Of a stretch of DNA of 31,364 nt, positions 9,262 to 19,115 are shown in pieces. Location of the stretch: the NCBI GenBank assembly GCA_031411295.1, contig JANOAV010000109.1, positions 1 through 31,364 on the forward strand, given 5' to 3'. The notes under the pieces were generated by a model. The model saw nothing but the letters and a program-made list of their open reading frames with translations, had not been told where the DNA came from and ran no database searches. How positions within the stretch are numbered: position 1 is the first letter of the stretch; every line of letters begins with the position of its first letter. Position numbers and translations under genes: made by a program. This stretch comes from Verrucomicrobiales bacterium (GTDB taxonomy: Bacteria; Verrucomicrobiota; Verrucomicrobiia; Verrucomicrobiales; V1-33).

Positions 9262-10302
9262 TTAAGCCACTGCCGCCTCTACCTCAGCCATCGACTCCTC
9301 ACGAAGCTCCAGCACATCCAGCAGGCCCGGCAGCACGGGGTAGTTGGTCAGAATCTGCCGTAAATTGGCCACCGCTTGGGGAATGTGCTGCAAGAAAGCC
9401 TTCTTACCGCGCTCCAAGCCGAGGAATCCGTAGGCTCCCAGTGCCTGCATCAACCGTTGACATGCCAGGGAGGCGAAAATTTCCTGATTCGTATCCCACT
9501 GGTCATCCGCGGGTCGCACCTCCAGATAGTAAGCGAAGAGGTCATCCCGCTCGTCTTCACTCAGCGTGACATAGGGATCATAGAGCAAGGAAGCAACGTC
9601 ATATTCCGGCCGTCCCGGGCGGAGTCCTTGATAGTCGATCAGGACCGTTTCCTGACCGCGGACGATAACATTTTGCGATTGGAAATCCCGGTGGATGAGA
9701 AATTTAGGCATCCCCGCCAGACCACTGGCCAAGTCGTGGAATTCCTTTTGTTGGCGGATTTTGTTCAAAGCGTCGGGTTTCAGGGCGGAGAAATTCTTGG
9801 CAAAATTGTTGAAGAAATAATCCTGTTCCCAGACATACAACGTCTCATCAAAGCCCGGCTGCAAATGGCTGCGCAACCCCGTCGGAACCTGTTCCAGTTT
9901 CAGCGCATGAATCTTGGAGACCTGCTCCAGGGCGTTTTGATAGAGTGGCAGTTTGGTCTCCGCTGGATGATGCCGGAACTCCCAGAGATCCACCGTGCCC
10001 AAGTCCTCCAACCACGCCAAGCGTTGGACCGGATCATGAAAATAGATGCGGGGCGTGCGCACGCCTTGTAATTTCAGGACCTCGGTGGCGGCAAAGAAAC
10101 TCATATTGTCCGGGCGACGATCCGTATAGACCATCAAAATGCAGGTCCGCGGACCGCGGAATTTGCCATCAGCCGTGATCCGATAGTAATGCCGGTCCGA
10201 CCCTCCTTTCTGAATCAGATCCAACTGCACCTCAGCCTCATCCCATCCGACCAAACGTTGGCGGGTGGCATCAGCTAATTGGGATTCAGAAAAATCTTCC
10301 AT
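9262..10302 (-). CDS. APH-family phosphotransferase, AmgK (N-acetylmuramate/GlcNAc 1-kinase)-like
   Basis: GGSDRHYYRI, LEDLG, HRDFQSQN, IDYQG, YDVASLLYDPY, QRLMQALGAYG. ATG 10302 preferred. Confidence 0.85.
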   Translation of the reverse strand: MEDFSESQLADATRQRLVGWDEAEVQLDLIQKGGSDRHYYRITADGKFRGPRTCILMVYTDRRPDNMSFFAATEVLKLQGVRTPRIYFHDPVQRLAWLEDLGTVDLWEFRHHPAETKLPLYQNALEQVSKIHALKLEQVPTGLRSHLQPGFDETLYVWEQDYFFNNFAKNFSALKPDALNKIRQQKEFHDLASGLAGMPKFLIHRDFQSQNVIVRGQETVLIDYQGLRPGRPEYDVASLLYDPYVTLSEDERDDLFAYYLEVRPADDQWDTNQEIFASLACQRLMQALGAYGFLGLERGKKAFLQHIPQAVANLRQILTNYPVLPGLLDVLELREESMAEVEAAVA

Positions 10303-10416
10303 GTAATAGTTTATCGGGGTGGATGGGGAATTCGGCAGGCAATCACTCACTCTATCGCTAATCTGCGAGACACGCAATCGAAGAACCACCGTCCAAAATG
10401 CTTACAGGGGGCACTC

Positions 10417-11337
10417 TTAGTCCTCCAGCGTGATCCTGACCTCCACTGATAAATGCCTGGTTCCTTTGCCTCTGAAGGCCCCTTTGACAGGTTCGATGTC
10501 TGCATAATCCCGGCCCACGGCCAGCTTGAGGTAACGGGTGTCCGCTAGGCGGTTATGAGTGGGGTCGAATCCTTTCCAACCGTAGCCGGGGAGGAAGATT
10601 TCCACCCAGGCGTGGGAGGCCTCGTTCTCATCCGGGGCGCTATTCTCGTTATAGAAATAGCCGCTGACGTAGCGGGCGGGAATACCCTGGGACCGGCACA
10701 TCGCCAGCATAATGTGGGCAAAATCCTGGCACACGCCGCGTCGGGCTTGCAGCGCATCGATCATGCGAGTCTTGGCGTTGGTGCTGCGGGGCACGTATTC
10801 GCAGGTGCGATAAATGTGTGAGCCAATCGCGACGCTGTCGAGCCAGAGATCATGGACCCCATTGGGCAGTGCATCAATGGCTTCCCGCCAGACGGCGGCC
10901 TCGAGGGAAACAAAGTGTGAATCCGTTAGGAAGTCGAAAAAATTCTCTTCGCTGTCCAGTTCGTAAAGTGAATCCAAGGTAAGGCCCACCGGCGGTGCTC
11001 CGCGTGGTTCGTGAATCGTCTGCACAATGGCGACGGACTGCACATCCAATTCGGGATGCGAGGCAGCGATCTCGAAGTGATCCACCCGATTGTGGTAGAA
11101 ATCATGATACGTGTTGATAGCCACCTCAGGCAGCACCTTCAGCGAAAAGAACTCCAAGCTCTGGAGGGGGTCCGTGATGGGGCAAAGGCGGGCTTCGTTG
11201 AAGCTGTCGAAAGCGTGATCCTTATATTCAAAGCGCGTGCGATGACGGACCTTTAAGCGCAATCCCTGAGTGTGCGGTGCTTCGATGGGTGGGGGATTCG
11301 TCGCGTCAGGACCTTGCTCCGATGATTCAGGGCTCAT
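10417..11337 (-). CDS. Transglutaminase-like protein (Bact_transglu_N + Transglut_core)
   Basis: Catalytic triad motifs GVCQDFAH, SHAWVE, GFDPT; GRDYADIEP; ATGA overlap with the alpha-E gene. Confidence 0.93.
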   Translation of the reverse strand: MSPESSEQGPDATNPPPIEAPHTQGLRLKVRHRTRFEYKDHAFDSFNEARLCPITDPLQSLEFFSLKVLPEVAINTYHDFYHNRVDHFEIAASHPELDVQSVAIVQTIHEPRGAPPVGLTLDSLYELDSEENFFDFLTDSHFVSLEAAVWREAIDALPNGVHDLWLDSVAIGSHIYRTCEYVPRSTNAKTRMIDALQARRGVCQDFAHIMLAMCRSQGIPARYVSGYFYNENSAPDENEASHAWVEIFLPGYGWKGFDPTHNRLADTRYLKLAVGRDYADIEPVKGAFRGKGTRHLSVEVRITLED

Positions 11338-12452
11338 GCTTGCGGTCGGGACTGCTGTTGTTGTTGGCTTTCCTGCTGGTGCACGCGGATTTCAGCTTCG
11401 AGATCCGTGGGCGGATAATACATGAAAGTCTGGAAGATGTGATCGTTCAACTCGACCAATACCTTTTGCACCAGCGCAATATATTCGTGCAGGCCGCGGC
11501 TGAAGATGTCCTCAATGGAGGTAAATTTCAGATCGTTCAAGAGTCGCCCGAAAGAGCGATCGGTCGCTGTCGCATAACGGTTATTCTGCGCCTGCCCGAG
11601 TTTGTCGAGATAGGAATCCAACTCCGTGAGACAAAAACGGAGTGAGCGAGGGAAGGTCTCGCTGAAGATCAGGAATTCGGCAACTTTGATCGGTAAAATT
11701 TCCGCCATGTAGAATCGACGATAGGCCTCCAGCGCGCTGGCCGAGCGCAGCACGGCCTGCCACTGCGCAGTGTCCACGGCCCCGCCCACGTCACTTACTT
11801 TGGGTAGGAGGATGTGGTATTTTACATCCAGCATGCGGGAGGTTTTGTCCGCCCGTTCCAGATACTTGCCGAATTGAAGGAACTCATAGCCCTCGCTGCG
11901 GGAGAAAGTGGAGTCAGTTAGGCCCTGAAATAAATGGGAGTATGATTTCACCCGGTCATACAGTGCTCCTGCGCCAGTCCCATCCTGCCAGATGATTTCG
12001 GCTTCGCCATCCTTGAAGAACAGATAGGCCAAATTGAGGACTTCCCACATCTCGATGGAGATTTGGTCACGGACTTGCCGCGCGTTTTCCCGGGCGGCGG
12101 AGATGCAGGAGATCACAGAGTTGGGATTCTCTGCGCAGAAAGTCATAAAAGTCGTCACGTTGCGACTGTTGGCCTCCTGGTATTGTTTGAAGAAGGCCTC
12201 TTCTTCATCGGCCGACTTCAAGATCGGGAGCCAATGCTGTTTAAGCGTTTGATCATCAATTTGATTGAAGTCTAACAGTAACTGCAAGTTGACATCCAGG
12301 AGTCTGGCGGTGTTTTCAGCGCGTTCTAAATAGCGGCTGGTCCAATACAGCGAGGCAGCCACACGTGAGAGCATGATGTCACTGGGCCGACGCGCGGCCA
12401 GGGGTTGACCCGCGTTGCGCGGGGCACTGGGGGAGGTGGAGGTGAAGCTCAT
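11334..12452 (-). CDS. Alpha-E domain protein (DUF403)
   Basis: MLSRVAASLYWTSRYLERAENTARLL, ARENARQVRDQIS, YLERADKTSR, FPRS. Alternative start at 12374. Confidence 0.93.
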   Translation of the reverse strand: MSFTSTSPSAPRNAGQPLAARRPSDIMLSRVAASLYWTSRYLERAENTARLLDVNLQLLLDFNQIDDQTLKQHWLPILKSADEEEAFFKQYQEANSRNVTTFMTFCAENPNSVISCISAARENARQVRDQISIEMWEVLNLAYLFFKDGEAEIIWQDGTGAGALYDRVKSYSHLFQGLTDSTFSRSEGYEFLQFGKYLERADKTSRMLDVKYHILLPKVSDVGGAVDTAQWQAVLRSASALEAYRRFYMAEILPIKVAEFLIFSETFPRSLRFCLTELDSYLDKLGQAQNNRYATATDRSFGRLLNDLKFTSIEDIFSRGLHEYIALVQKVLVELNDHIFQTFMYYPPTDLEAEIRVHQQESQQQQQSRPQA

Positions 12453-12458
12453 GGGAGT

Positions 12459-13913
12459 TTAAGAGGCGGAAGAGTTGACAACCCAGGAATCCTTGGACCC
12501 GCCGCCTTGGGAGCTATTGACGACGAGACTGCCTTTGCGCAGGGCTACGCGGGTGAGGCCACCCGGAGTGACGGTGACATTCTCACCATAAAGCACATAC
12601 GGTCGGAGATCGATATGGCGACCTTCGAAATCGTTCGCCTCATTGGTCCACGTGGGATGGCGGCTGAGCGAAATCGGCGGTTGCCCGATAAAATTCCGCG
12701 GGTTGGCGATGATTTGCTCACGGAAACTGGCGACCTCCTCTTTCGAGGCCCATGGGCCCATCAGCATGCCGTAACCGCCGGCTTCGTTGGCGGATTTGAC
12801 CACCAGTTTTTCCAAATTGTCGAGGATGTAGGTGCGGTCCTGGGTTTCGCTGGCCAGGTAAGTTTCAACATTTGGTAGAATGGGATCTTCTCCCAAGTAA
12901 TACTTAATGATCTTCGGCACAAAGTAATAGACCACTTTGTCATCCGCCACGCCCGTGCCGATGGCATTGGCCAGGGTGACATTCCCGGCGCGACTCGCAT
13001 TCACCAAACCAGGGATGCCCAGCAGCGAGTCCGCCCGGAAAACACTGGGGTCCAGAAAATCGTCATCGATCCGCCGATAGATCACATCAACGGGCATCAG
13101 GCCCTGCGTCGTGCGCATGTAAACTTTCATATCCCGCACCACTAAATCGCGGCCTTCCACAATGGGAATCCCCATTTGGCGGGCCAGGAAGGCGTGTTCG
13201 AAATAGGCGCTGTTGTAAACCCCCGGGGTCAGTAATACCACCGTGGGCATGGATCCTGAGAAGTTCGGCGGGGCCACATATTGCAAATTTTTCAGCAACT
13301 GTTGCGGATAGTCATCCACCTTACGCACGCAGGAATTGCGATACATTTCCGGAAACGCCCGCTTCATGGCAGAGCGATTTTCCAGCATGTAACTGGCACC
13401 GGAGGGGCACCGGAGATTGTCCTCCAGCACCAAATACTGCCCATCGGCTCCCCGAATCAAGTCCGAGCCACAAATGTGAACATAAACGTCCTTGGCGACA
13501 TCGAAGCCCTTAACTTCCCTTCGGTAATGTTTCGCGCTGAGAATGTATTGCGCCGGAATCGTTCGATCCCGCAGAATTTTCTGATCGTGATAGAGGTCGT
13601 GCAGGAACATGTTCAGCGCAGTGATCCGCTGAATGAGTCCCCGCTCAATCACGTCCCATTCCTCTGCGGAGATGACCCGGGGCACACAATCGAACGGAAA
13701 GATCCGCTCCGTGCCAGCGTCGTCGCTATAGACGGTAAAGGTCACGCCCCCGCGCATGAAGGATAGCTCCACGGCGGTCTGCTTGTTCTTGTATTCGGTT
13801 TGGCTGATTTCGCGGAAATGCTGCAACACTGGCAGGTAGTGCGGGCGCACCTTGCCTTCAGCATCAAACATTTCGTCGTAGAAACCGTCGTTTTGGTAGT
13901 TTTCGAGGAGCAT
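12459..13913 (-). CDS. Circularly permuted type 2 ATP-grasp protein (DUF404/407)
   Basis: [65 protein letters not shown] 13913 preferred. Confidence 0.95.
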   Translation of the reverse strand: MLLENYQNDGFYDEMFDAEGKVRPHYLPVLQHFREISQTEYKNKQTAVELSFMRGGVTFTVYSDDAGTERIFPFDCVPRVISAEEWDVIERGLIQRITALNMFLHDLYHDQKILRDRTIPAQYILSAKHYRREVKGFDVAKDVYVHICGSDLIRGADGQYLVLEDNLRCPSGASYMLENRSAMKRAFPEMYRNSCVRKVDDYPQQLLKNLQYVAPPNFSGSMPTVVLLTPGVYNSAYFEHAFLARQMGIPIVEGRDLVVRDMKVYMRTTQGLMPVDVIYRRIDDDFLDPSVFRADSLLGIPGLVNASRAGNVTLANAIGTGVADDKVVYYFVPKIIKYYLGEDPILPNVETYLASETQDRTYILDNLEKLVVKSANEAGGYGMLMGPWASKEEVASFREQIIANPRNFIGQPPISLSRHPTWTNEANDFEGRHIDLRPYVLYGENVTVTPGGLTRVALRKGSLVVNSSQGGGSKDSWVVNSSAS

Positions 13914-13944
13914 CGGATAAAGAGTGGGGAATATCAGCCATCTT

Positions 13945-13962
13945 ACGCAGGAACCGGGCCAA
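13945..13962 (-). promoter_or_regulatory. Putative sigma-54 -24/-12 promoter for the ATP-grasp operon
   Basis: TTGGCCCGGTTCCTGCGT has GG-N10-GC spacing and lies about 30 nt upstream of ATG 13913. Confidence 0.5.
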
Positions 13963-14036
13963 GTGGCACCTGATTTTTTGCGCAGGGCGAATTTCCCCGG
14001 TGGGCAGGGCAACTCCGCCGCCGGTAGCAGGCAAAG

Positions 14037-14100
14037 CAACAGGCCGGGTGGTCAGCGCCTGTAACCCTGCGGTTAGTGACGCGTTCCACCCGGCCTGCTG
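14037..14100 (-). other. Long multi-stem hairpin
   Basis: CAGGCCGGGTGG/CCACCCGGCCTG 12-bp perfect stem plus inner GCGUC/GGCGC and UAACC/GGUUA stems. The G-U pairs form only on the minus strand. No clear U-tract. Confidence 0.55.
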
Positions 14101-14118
14101 ATTTAAAGGTTAGAGGCA

Positions 14119-14139
14119 GGGAGAAATAAAATTTCTCCC
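14119..14139. other. Perfect 9-bp inverted repeat just after the sORF stop
   Basis: GGGAGAAAT-AAA-ATTTCTCCC. Confidence 0.5.
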
Positions 14140-14140
14140 G

Positions 14141-14326
14141 TCACCCATAAGCCGGACTAAAATTCAGCGCGCCCGTGGGAAAGGCCAACCAATCAGGTTT
14201 GGCGGGTGCGATTACAGCACGCTGTGGCATCGTGGTGGCGGGTTCCATCATCGGGAGCTGATGGGCGATGACCTTGGCTGCGGCGGAGTCCGCAGCCCCT
14301 GGATGGTGAGACGAGGTAGGCATCAT
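14141..14326 (-). CDS. Putative 61-aa small protein
   Basis: Preceded by the A/C-rich CAACAACAACAACCCTACGACCC, similar to other starts in the window; candidate promoter upstream; hairpin directly after the stop. Confidence 0.4.
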   Translation of the reverse strand: MMPTSSHHPGAADSAAAKVIAHQLPMMEPATTMPQRAVIAPAKPDWLAFPTGALNFSPAYG

Positions 14327-14414
14327 GGGTCGTAGGGTTGTTGTTGTTGGCTTGGATCAGCCTGCAACAGCACCCTTTCCCGGATGCTGGACAGACCAAC
14401 CCGAAGATAATGAA

Positions 14415-14443
14415 ACTATAGCATGGTTCGGGCGAGTTGACTA
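14415..14443 (-). promoter_or_regulatory. Putative sigma-70 promoter for the sORF transcript
   Basis: TAGTCA-N17-TATAGT with an extended -10 (TGnTATAGT). Confidence 0.4.
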
Positions 14444-14576
14444 TTATTCTTTGCAAAATTTTCTTTCATGCGGGTGGCTGGGGACCGGAAATGAGGCCGA
14501 CGATTTGCAAGGGCGAATTTCCTCAGGACTGGGGATTGCAGGACGTGCCAGACCTGCTAAGCCATGGTTTCCAATC

Positions 14577-16400
14577 ATGCCTTTCGACCAAATTTTCGTT
14601 TGTATCCTCGTCCTCGCTACCATGGTCATGTTCATCTGGGAAAAGTTTCCCTCGGACCTGGTGGCGCTGGCCGTGCTTTTTATCCTGTTGATGGTGCCCA
14701 TCAACGGGCAACCCATTCTGTGGCCGGACGACAAGGCGCAGTGGTCCAAGATCATGGGCGGCATCTTCGGAAATAATGGTGCGCTGACAGTGTGCTTCAT
14801 GTTCATTGTCGGAGCCGCGATGGAGAAAACTGGGATGGTGGCGGTGTTTGGCCAGTGGTTTGAGAAACTGGGTGGCACTGGTCATTCCCGGATTCTGCTA
14901 GTGCTGGGACTCTTGGTGATTCCGGCTAGCGCGATGATGAATAACACGACCGTGGTGGTGGTGTTTATGCCGATGGTGATTGGGCTCTGTCGCAGGCTCC
15001 AGGTGGCGCCCTCGCGCTATCTGATTCCTTTGTCGTATTTGGCCATTGCCGGTGGCATGTGCACCATGGTGGGCACCTCCACCAACCTGATTGTCAATGG
15101 TCTGCTCAGCCAGAATGGGGTCCGGCCGTTCGGGGTTTTTGAAATTACCGGCATCGGCACCGTGATGGCGCTAGCCACGTTGCTTTTCCTGCTGTTGTTT
15201 GGCCGGAAGTTGCTGCCGGATCGGGTTAGCTTGGCTGCGCTTTTGGATACTGAAGATGGCCGGGAATTTCTCACTGCGGCCATTGTTTCCACCGACTCGC
15301 CTCTGGTGGGAAAGGCCTTGGCAGATACGGCGTTGGCTAAAAATCGCTCGTTTCGGGTCATCGAAGTCCGGCGGTCGGGTAATCGCATTGATACGCCCCT
15401 CAACAAAATTCGGTTTGAGCCGGGAGACCGCGTCATTATCCGCAGTCATCTGAGTGGCCTGGTGGAGATGGATACGCTGGCGGGATTGGAACACGCTGCC
15501 AAGAGTGAACTTGGTCTAAGTTATGCGCGGACGGAACGGGCGGTGCTGATGGAAGGCATGGTGGGACCGCAATCGAAGTTTGCCGGGCAAACGTTGCAGG
15601 ACATGAACTTCCGGCAGCAGTTTGGCCTGCTGATTCTGGCCATCCACCGGCAGGGGGAGAATTTACGGACGAATTTTGAGAATGTTCGCCTGCAGTTTGG
15701 GGACACCTTGCTGCTGGAAGGCAGTCCGGAACGGATGCGCGAGTTGTTCGAGGAACGCGATCTGATAAATTTGACGGCCCCGAAGCACAACCCCTTGCGG
15801 AAAAACAAGGCCTGGTTGGCGATGCTGGCGATGGCGCTGCTGATGGGGTTTGGGGCATTGGTCGAGTCCGACTCTTTCCAGTGGGTAGCCTTGGGCTGCG
15901 CGTTGCTGGTGACGTTCGGCGGATGTTTGAAAATGGAGGATGCCTATGCGTCGATTGAATGGCCCATCCTGGTGACCATCTTTGGGACGCTGGGGCTTGG
16001 AGTAGCCATGGATCGGACCGGGGCCGCTAAGACGATTGTCCATAGTCTGCTGCAGTTCGCCCATGGCTGGGACCCGCGGTGGATTGTGTCGTTGGTGCTC
16101 CTGATGACGATTATATTGACGGAACTCCTGAGCAATAATGCCGTGGCGGCTTTGCTCACACCGCTGGCATTGGCCATGAGTCGGGACTTGGAAATGAGTC
16201 CACATCCATTCGTCGTGGCCGTCATGCTGGGTGCCAGCATTGGCTTTGCCGTGCCGGCCGGATATCAAACACACATGCTAGTATATGGCGCGGGCGGGTA
16301 TCGCTTCTCCGACTTTTTCCGCACCGGGATCGCCATGGATGTCTTACTCTGGATCATCGGCAGCCTGCTCATCCCGGTATTCTGGAGCTTCCACCCGTGA
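14577..16400 (+). CDS. SLC13/CitMHS-family permease with two TrkA-C domains
   Basis: SAMMNNTTVV, GGMCTMVGTSTNL, two TrkA-C repeats, TELLSNNA, GYQTHMLVYGAGGYRFSDF; many transmembrane segments. ATG 14577 preferred. Confidence 0.92.
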   Translation: MPFDQIFVCILVLATMVMFIWEKFPSDLVALAVLFILLMVPINGQPILWPDDKAQWSKIMGGIFGNNGALTVCFMFIVGAAMEKTGMVAVFGQWFEKLGGTGHSRILLVLGLLVIPASAMMNNTTVVVVFMPMVIGLCRRLQVAPSRYLIPLSYLAIAGGMCTMVGTSTNLIVNGLLSQNGVRPFGVFEITGIGTVMALATLLFLLLFGRKLLPDRVSLAALLDTEDGREFLTAAIVSTDSPLVGKALADTALAKNRSFRVIEVRRSGNRIDTPLNKIRFEPGDRVIIRSHLSGLVEMDTLAGLEHAAKSELGLSYARTERAVLMEGMVGPQSKFAGQTLQDMNFRQQFGLLILAIHRQGENLRTNFENVRLQFGDTLLLEGSPERMRELFEERDLINLTAPKHNPLRKNKAWLAMLAMALLMGFGALVESDSFQWVALGCALLVTFGGCLKMEDAYASIEWPILVTIFGTLGLGVAMDRTGAAKTIVHSLLQFAHGWDPRWIVSLVLLMTIILTELLSNNAVAALLTPLALAMSRDLEMSPHPFVVAVMLGASIGFAVPAGYQTHMLVYGAGGYRFSDFFRTGIAMDVLLWIIGSLLIPVFWSFHP

Positions 16401-16412
16401 GGCTCAACGCCA

Positions 16413-17279
16413 TTACCGAACCGCCGGAGCCGTTTCGTCCAAATCAAAGACCTGATTGATCGTCTTGAAATGAGCGTGATCCGCGTATTCCCACACGACC
16501 TGCTTGTCCCTCGTGACCTCAATCATCATGGATTGCTTCCCCACATGGCCGTGGCCCAGGTAATTGCAAAACAGCGTGTTGCCATTGGCTAAGCGCTGAC
16601 AGCCTGCCATGAGCCGTAGCGGGTTATTCGGCAGGTCATTTTCGTTTAGCTCCCAGACCATTTTCTCAGCCGCATCATATTCCACCACCTTGTGCCCGTC
16701 ACCACAGGTCACCAGCAGGTGGCCGTCCGGCAAACGGATGGCCGCATGCACGTCTCCCGGCACCGGCAGTTCGTGGATAACCTTGCCTGCGCCATCCACT
16801 TCCACCACTTTATGCTCGCCCTTGAAACAGACTAAATAGTTCCCGTTGGCCAGCTTCCGTGCCCCACGAAATTGATTGTGGGTCGTGATTTTGGGATCAG
16901 TGGTCAGCTTGATTTCCTTGGCGATCTGGCCTGCGCGATCCACCTCAACCAGTCGGCTGCTACCGCACTCCATCACCAACACCCGTCCGTCCGGCAAGGG
17001 CTGACAGGCATGGACCTCGGTCTTTTCCGGGGCCTTGTATTCCCAGGCGATTTTCTGGTCCGGCGTGAGTTCAATGGCTCCACGGACATGACAGAAGAGG
17101 AAATTGCCATTGGCCAGTTTCCAGCAATCTTGGGGAGCACCGCAGGCATATTCCCAAGCAATCGTCCCGTCCGCCAGCACTTCAGCCACCTTGCCGCCAT
17201 TGTGATCACAGCAAAAGAAATGACGTCCTGCTTGCAGGGAAGTGAGGGAGAGCAGCCAGAGCAGCGTGAGGAGTTTCAT
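16413..17279 (-). CDS. Secreted beta-propeller repeat protein
   Basis: Signal peptide MKLLTLLWLLSLTSLQA; repeated L(A/P)(N/D)G(N/R/H)xL and VVE...WEY blades. Confidence 0.8.
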   Translation of the reverse strand: MKLLTLLWLLSLTSLQAGRHFFCCDHNGGKVAEVLADGTIAWEYACGAPQDCWKLANGNFLFCHVRGAIELTPDQKIAWEYKAPEKTEVHACQPLPDGRVLVMECGSSRLVEVDRAGQIAKEIKLTTDPKITTHNQFRGARKLANGNYLVCFKGEHKVVEVDGAGKVIHELPVPGDVHAAIRLPDGHLLVTCGDGHKVVEYDAAEKMVWELNENDLPNNPLRLMAGCQRLANGNTLFCNYLGHGHVGKQSMMIEVTRDKQVVWEYADHAHFKTINQVFDLDETAPAVR

Positions 17280-17281
17280 AG

Positions 17282-18877
17282 TTAGTCTTTAAAGGGTAAT
17301 TCTGACAGCTCCACGTCCGCATTGCGATCCGTGAAGAATTTCATCGTCCAAGTTTCAGGAAAGAGCACGACCGGCTTGCCGTCGCCATCCATGGCCAAAG
17401 CCGTTCCGGTGGGTAAATTCAGTTCGTCCCCACAAGGCGTGCCGTCCTTGTGTCGAGCCCAGCGGGCGTATTGATAGGGGGATGTCTCCAGGCGCGACTC
17501 TGCATTATACTCCGACTGCAAGCGATACTGCACGACCTCGAATTGCAATGGGCCCACCGCTCCCAGCAACGGCACCCGTTGCGTGCTGTGTGGCTGGGTG
17601 AACTGCTGGATTACGCCCTCCTGGAGGAGTTGCGTCAGCCCCTCCCGGAAACGTTTAAACTGCGACGTGTTGGGGCATTGCAGCGAGGCGAATACTTCCG
17701 GCGGAAAGCGCGGGATTTCGTTGAAACAGAGACCGGATTGAGTTGTTAGCGTGTCGCCAATTCCCAAATCATAATTCCCCACCAAACCCACGACATCTCC
17801 CGCCCAAGCTTCATCCAGCGTCTCCCGATCTCGCGCAAAGACGCGTTGGGAGTTGGCCAGGCGGATGGTTTTTCCCGTGCGAGCATTAGTCACCTGCATG
17901 TCCCGCTCGAACATCCCACTCACGATGCGAATGAAGTAAATCCGGTCGCGATGGCGTGGGTCCATGTTGGCCTGAATCTTGAAGACGAAGGCGGAGAAAT
18001 GTTTCTGCTCGGGCTTAACCAGGGTTTCTCCAGCCATCCGTGGGGTGGGTGGGGGAGCCAGTTCCAGGAACGCTTCCAGCATCAGTTGGACCCCGAAGTT
18101 GTTGCCCGCACTGCCGAAAAAGACTGGCGTTAGGGTTCCTGCGAGCACGGCCGCTTGGTCAAATTCATGGCCTGCTCCGGCCAACATTTCCAGTTCCATC
18201 TTGGCCTGCTCCAGCGCGGCGGGTTCGACTTTGGTGGCCACGCTGGGATCATCAATCCCCCCCACTTCCTCCGGGGCGCGATACGCTCCGCCCGCCGTGC
18301 GTTCGAATAAATGCAGTTCATTTTTCCGACGATCAAACACGCCCCTGAAAAAGGACCCCTGACCCAACGGCCAATTCATCGCGCAGGCACCAATGCCCAG
18401 CACGTTCTCCAGTTCATCCATCAACTCCAGGGGTTCGCGCGCGGGGCGATCCATCTTGTTCATGAACGTGAAAATGGGCACTCCCCGCCGACGGCAAACC
18501 TCAAAGAGTTTCCGTGTCTGCGATTCGATCCCCTTACCGGCATCCACCACCATGATGGCCGCATCCACGGCGGTGAGGACACGATACGTATCTTCCGAGA
18601 AATCCTTGTGCCCCGGGGTGTCGAGCAGGTTCACCACACAGTTCTTATATTCGAATTGGAGCACGGTTGAACTAACCGAAATCCCCCGCTGCCGCTCCAG
18701 TTCCATCCAGTCGGACGTGGTGGCGCGCTGATTCTTGCGTGCGGTTACGGAACCCGCCAGTTGCACGGCCCCGCCGTAGAGGAGCAACTTCTCCGTGAGC
18801 GTGGTTTTCCCCGCATCTGGGTGGGAGATGATAGCGAAAGTGCGACGACGATGGATTTCTTGGGCGGCAGAGGACAT
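17282..18877 (-). CDS. prfC: Peptide chain release factor 3
   Basis: RRTFAIISHPDAGKTTLTEK, SDWMELE, DTPGH, NKMD, FKIQANMDPRHRDR, GAVGPLQFEV. Confidence 0.98.
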   Translation of the reverse strand: MSSAAQEIHRRRTFAIISHPDAGKTTLTEKLLLYGGAVQLAGSVTARKNQRATTSDWMELERQRGISVSSTVLQFEYKNCVVNLLDTPGHKDFSEDTYRVLTAVDAAIMVVDAGKGIESQTRKLFEVCRRRGVPIFTFMNKMDRPAREPLELMDELENVLGIGACAMNWPLGQGSFFRGVFDRRKNELHLFERTAGGAYRAPEEVGGIDDPSVATKVEPAALEQAKMELEMLAGAGHEFDQAAVLAGTLTPVFFGSAGNNFGVQLMLEAFLELAPPPTPRMAGETLVKPEQKHFSAFVFKIQANMDPRHRDRIYFIRIVSGMFERDMQVTNARTGKTIRLANSQRVFARDRETLDEAWAGDVVGLVGNYDLGIGDTLTTQSGLCFNEIPRFPPEVFASLQCPNTSQFKRFREGLTQLLQEGVIQQFTQPHSTQRVPLLGAVGPLQFEVVQYRLQSEYNAESRLETSPYQYARWARHKDGTPCGDELNLPTGTALAMDGDGKPVVLFPETWTMKFFTDRNADVELSELPFKD

Positions 18878-19115
18878 GGGAGAGCGCTTGGTATAAGCAC
18901 CGTCCGCAGTGCAAGCAACCAGTTTCGTCGTCGCCACTGGATGGAGTGGATGGAAGGTGCGCGTAATTTGCCTGCCAGAATTCTACGGAAACTTTTCCGG
19001 TTTTCTGAACTGGCGGGGGATAGTAAACCTGGGAGGAACTGGCAACACGCAGTCCAAATCCCCCGGCCCTCTCACTAGCCGCGTCTTGATATCTCCCCGT
19101 CTGGCAAGGATTCGC

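Noticed and set aside
13964..13984. Plus-strand sigma-54 or NtrC site TGGCACCTGATTTTTTGCGCA
   Set aside because: GG-to-GC spacing is 13 rather than 10, and the half-site spacing does not fit NtrC.
14079..14091. T-box antiterminator (GGGTGGAACGCG on the minus strand)
   Set aside because: Does not match UGGNACC, no stem I is visible, and the downstream genes are atypical for T-boxes.
14354..14402. SRP RNA (ffs)
   Set aside because: Lacks the CAGG...GGAA...AGCAG helix-8 internal-loop signature.
17282..18877. Functional link between prfC and hsdS readthrough
   Set aside because: Only adjacency supports it; prfC most likely just borders the island.
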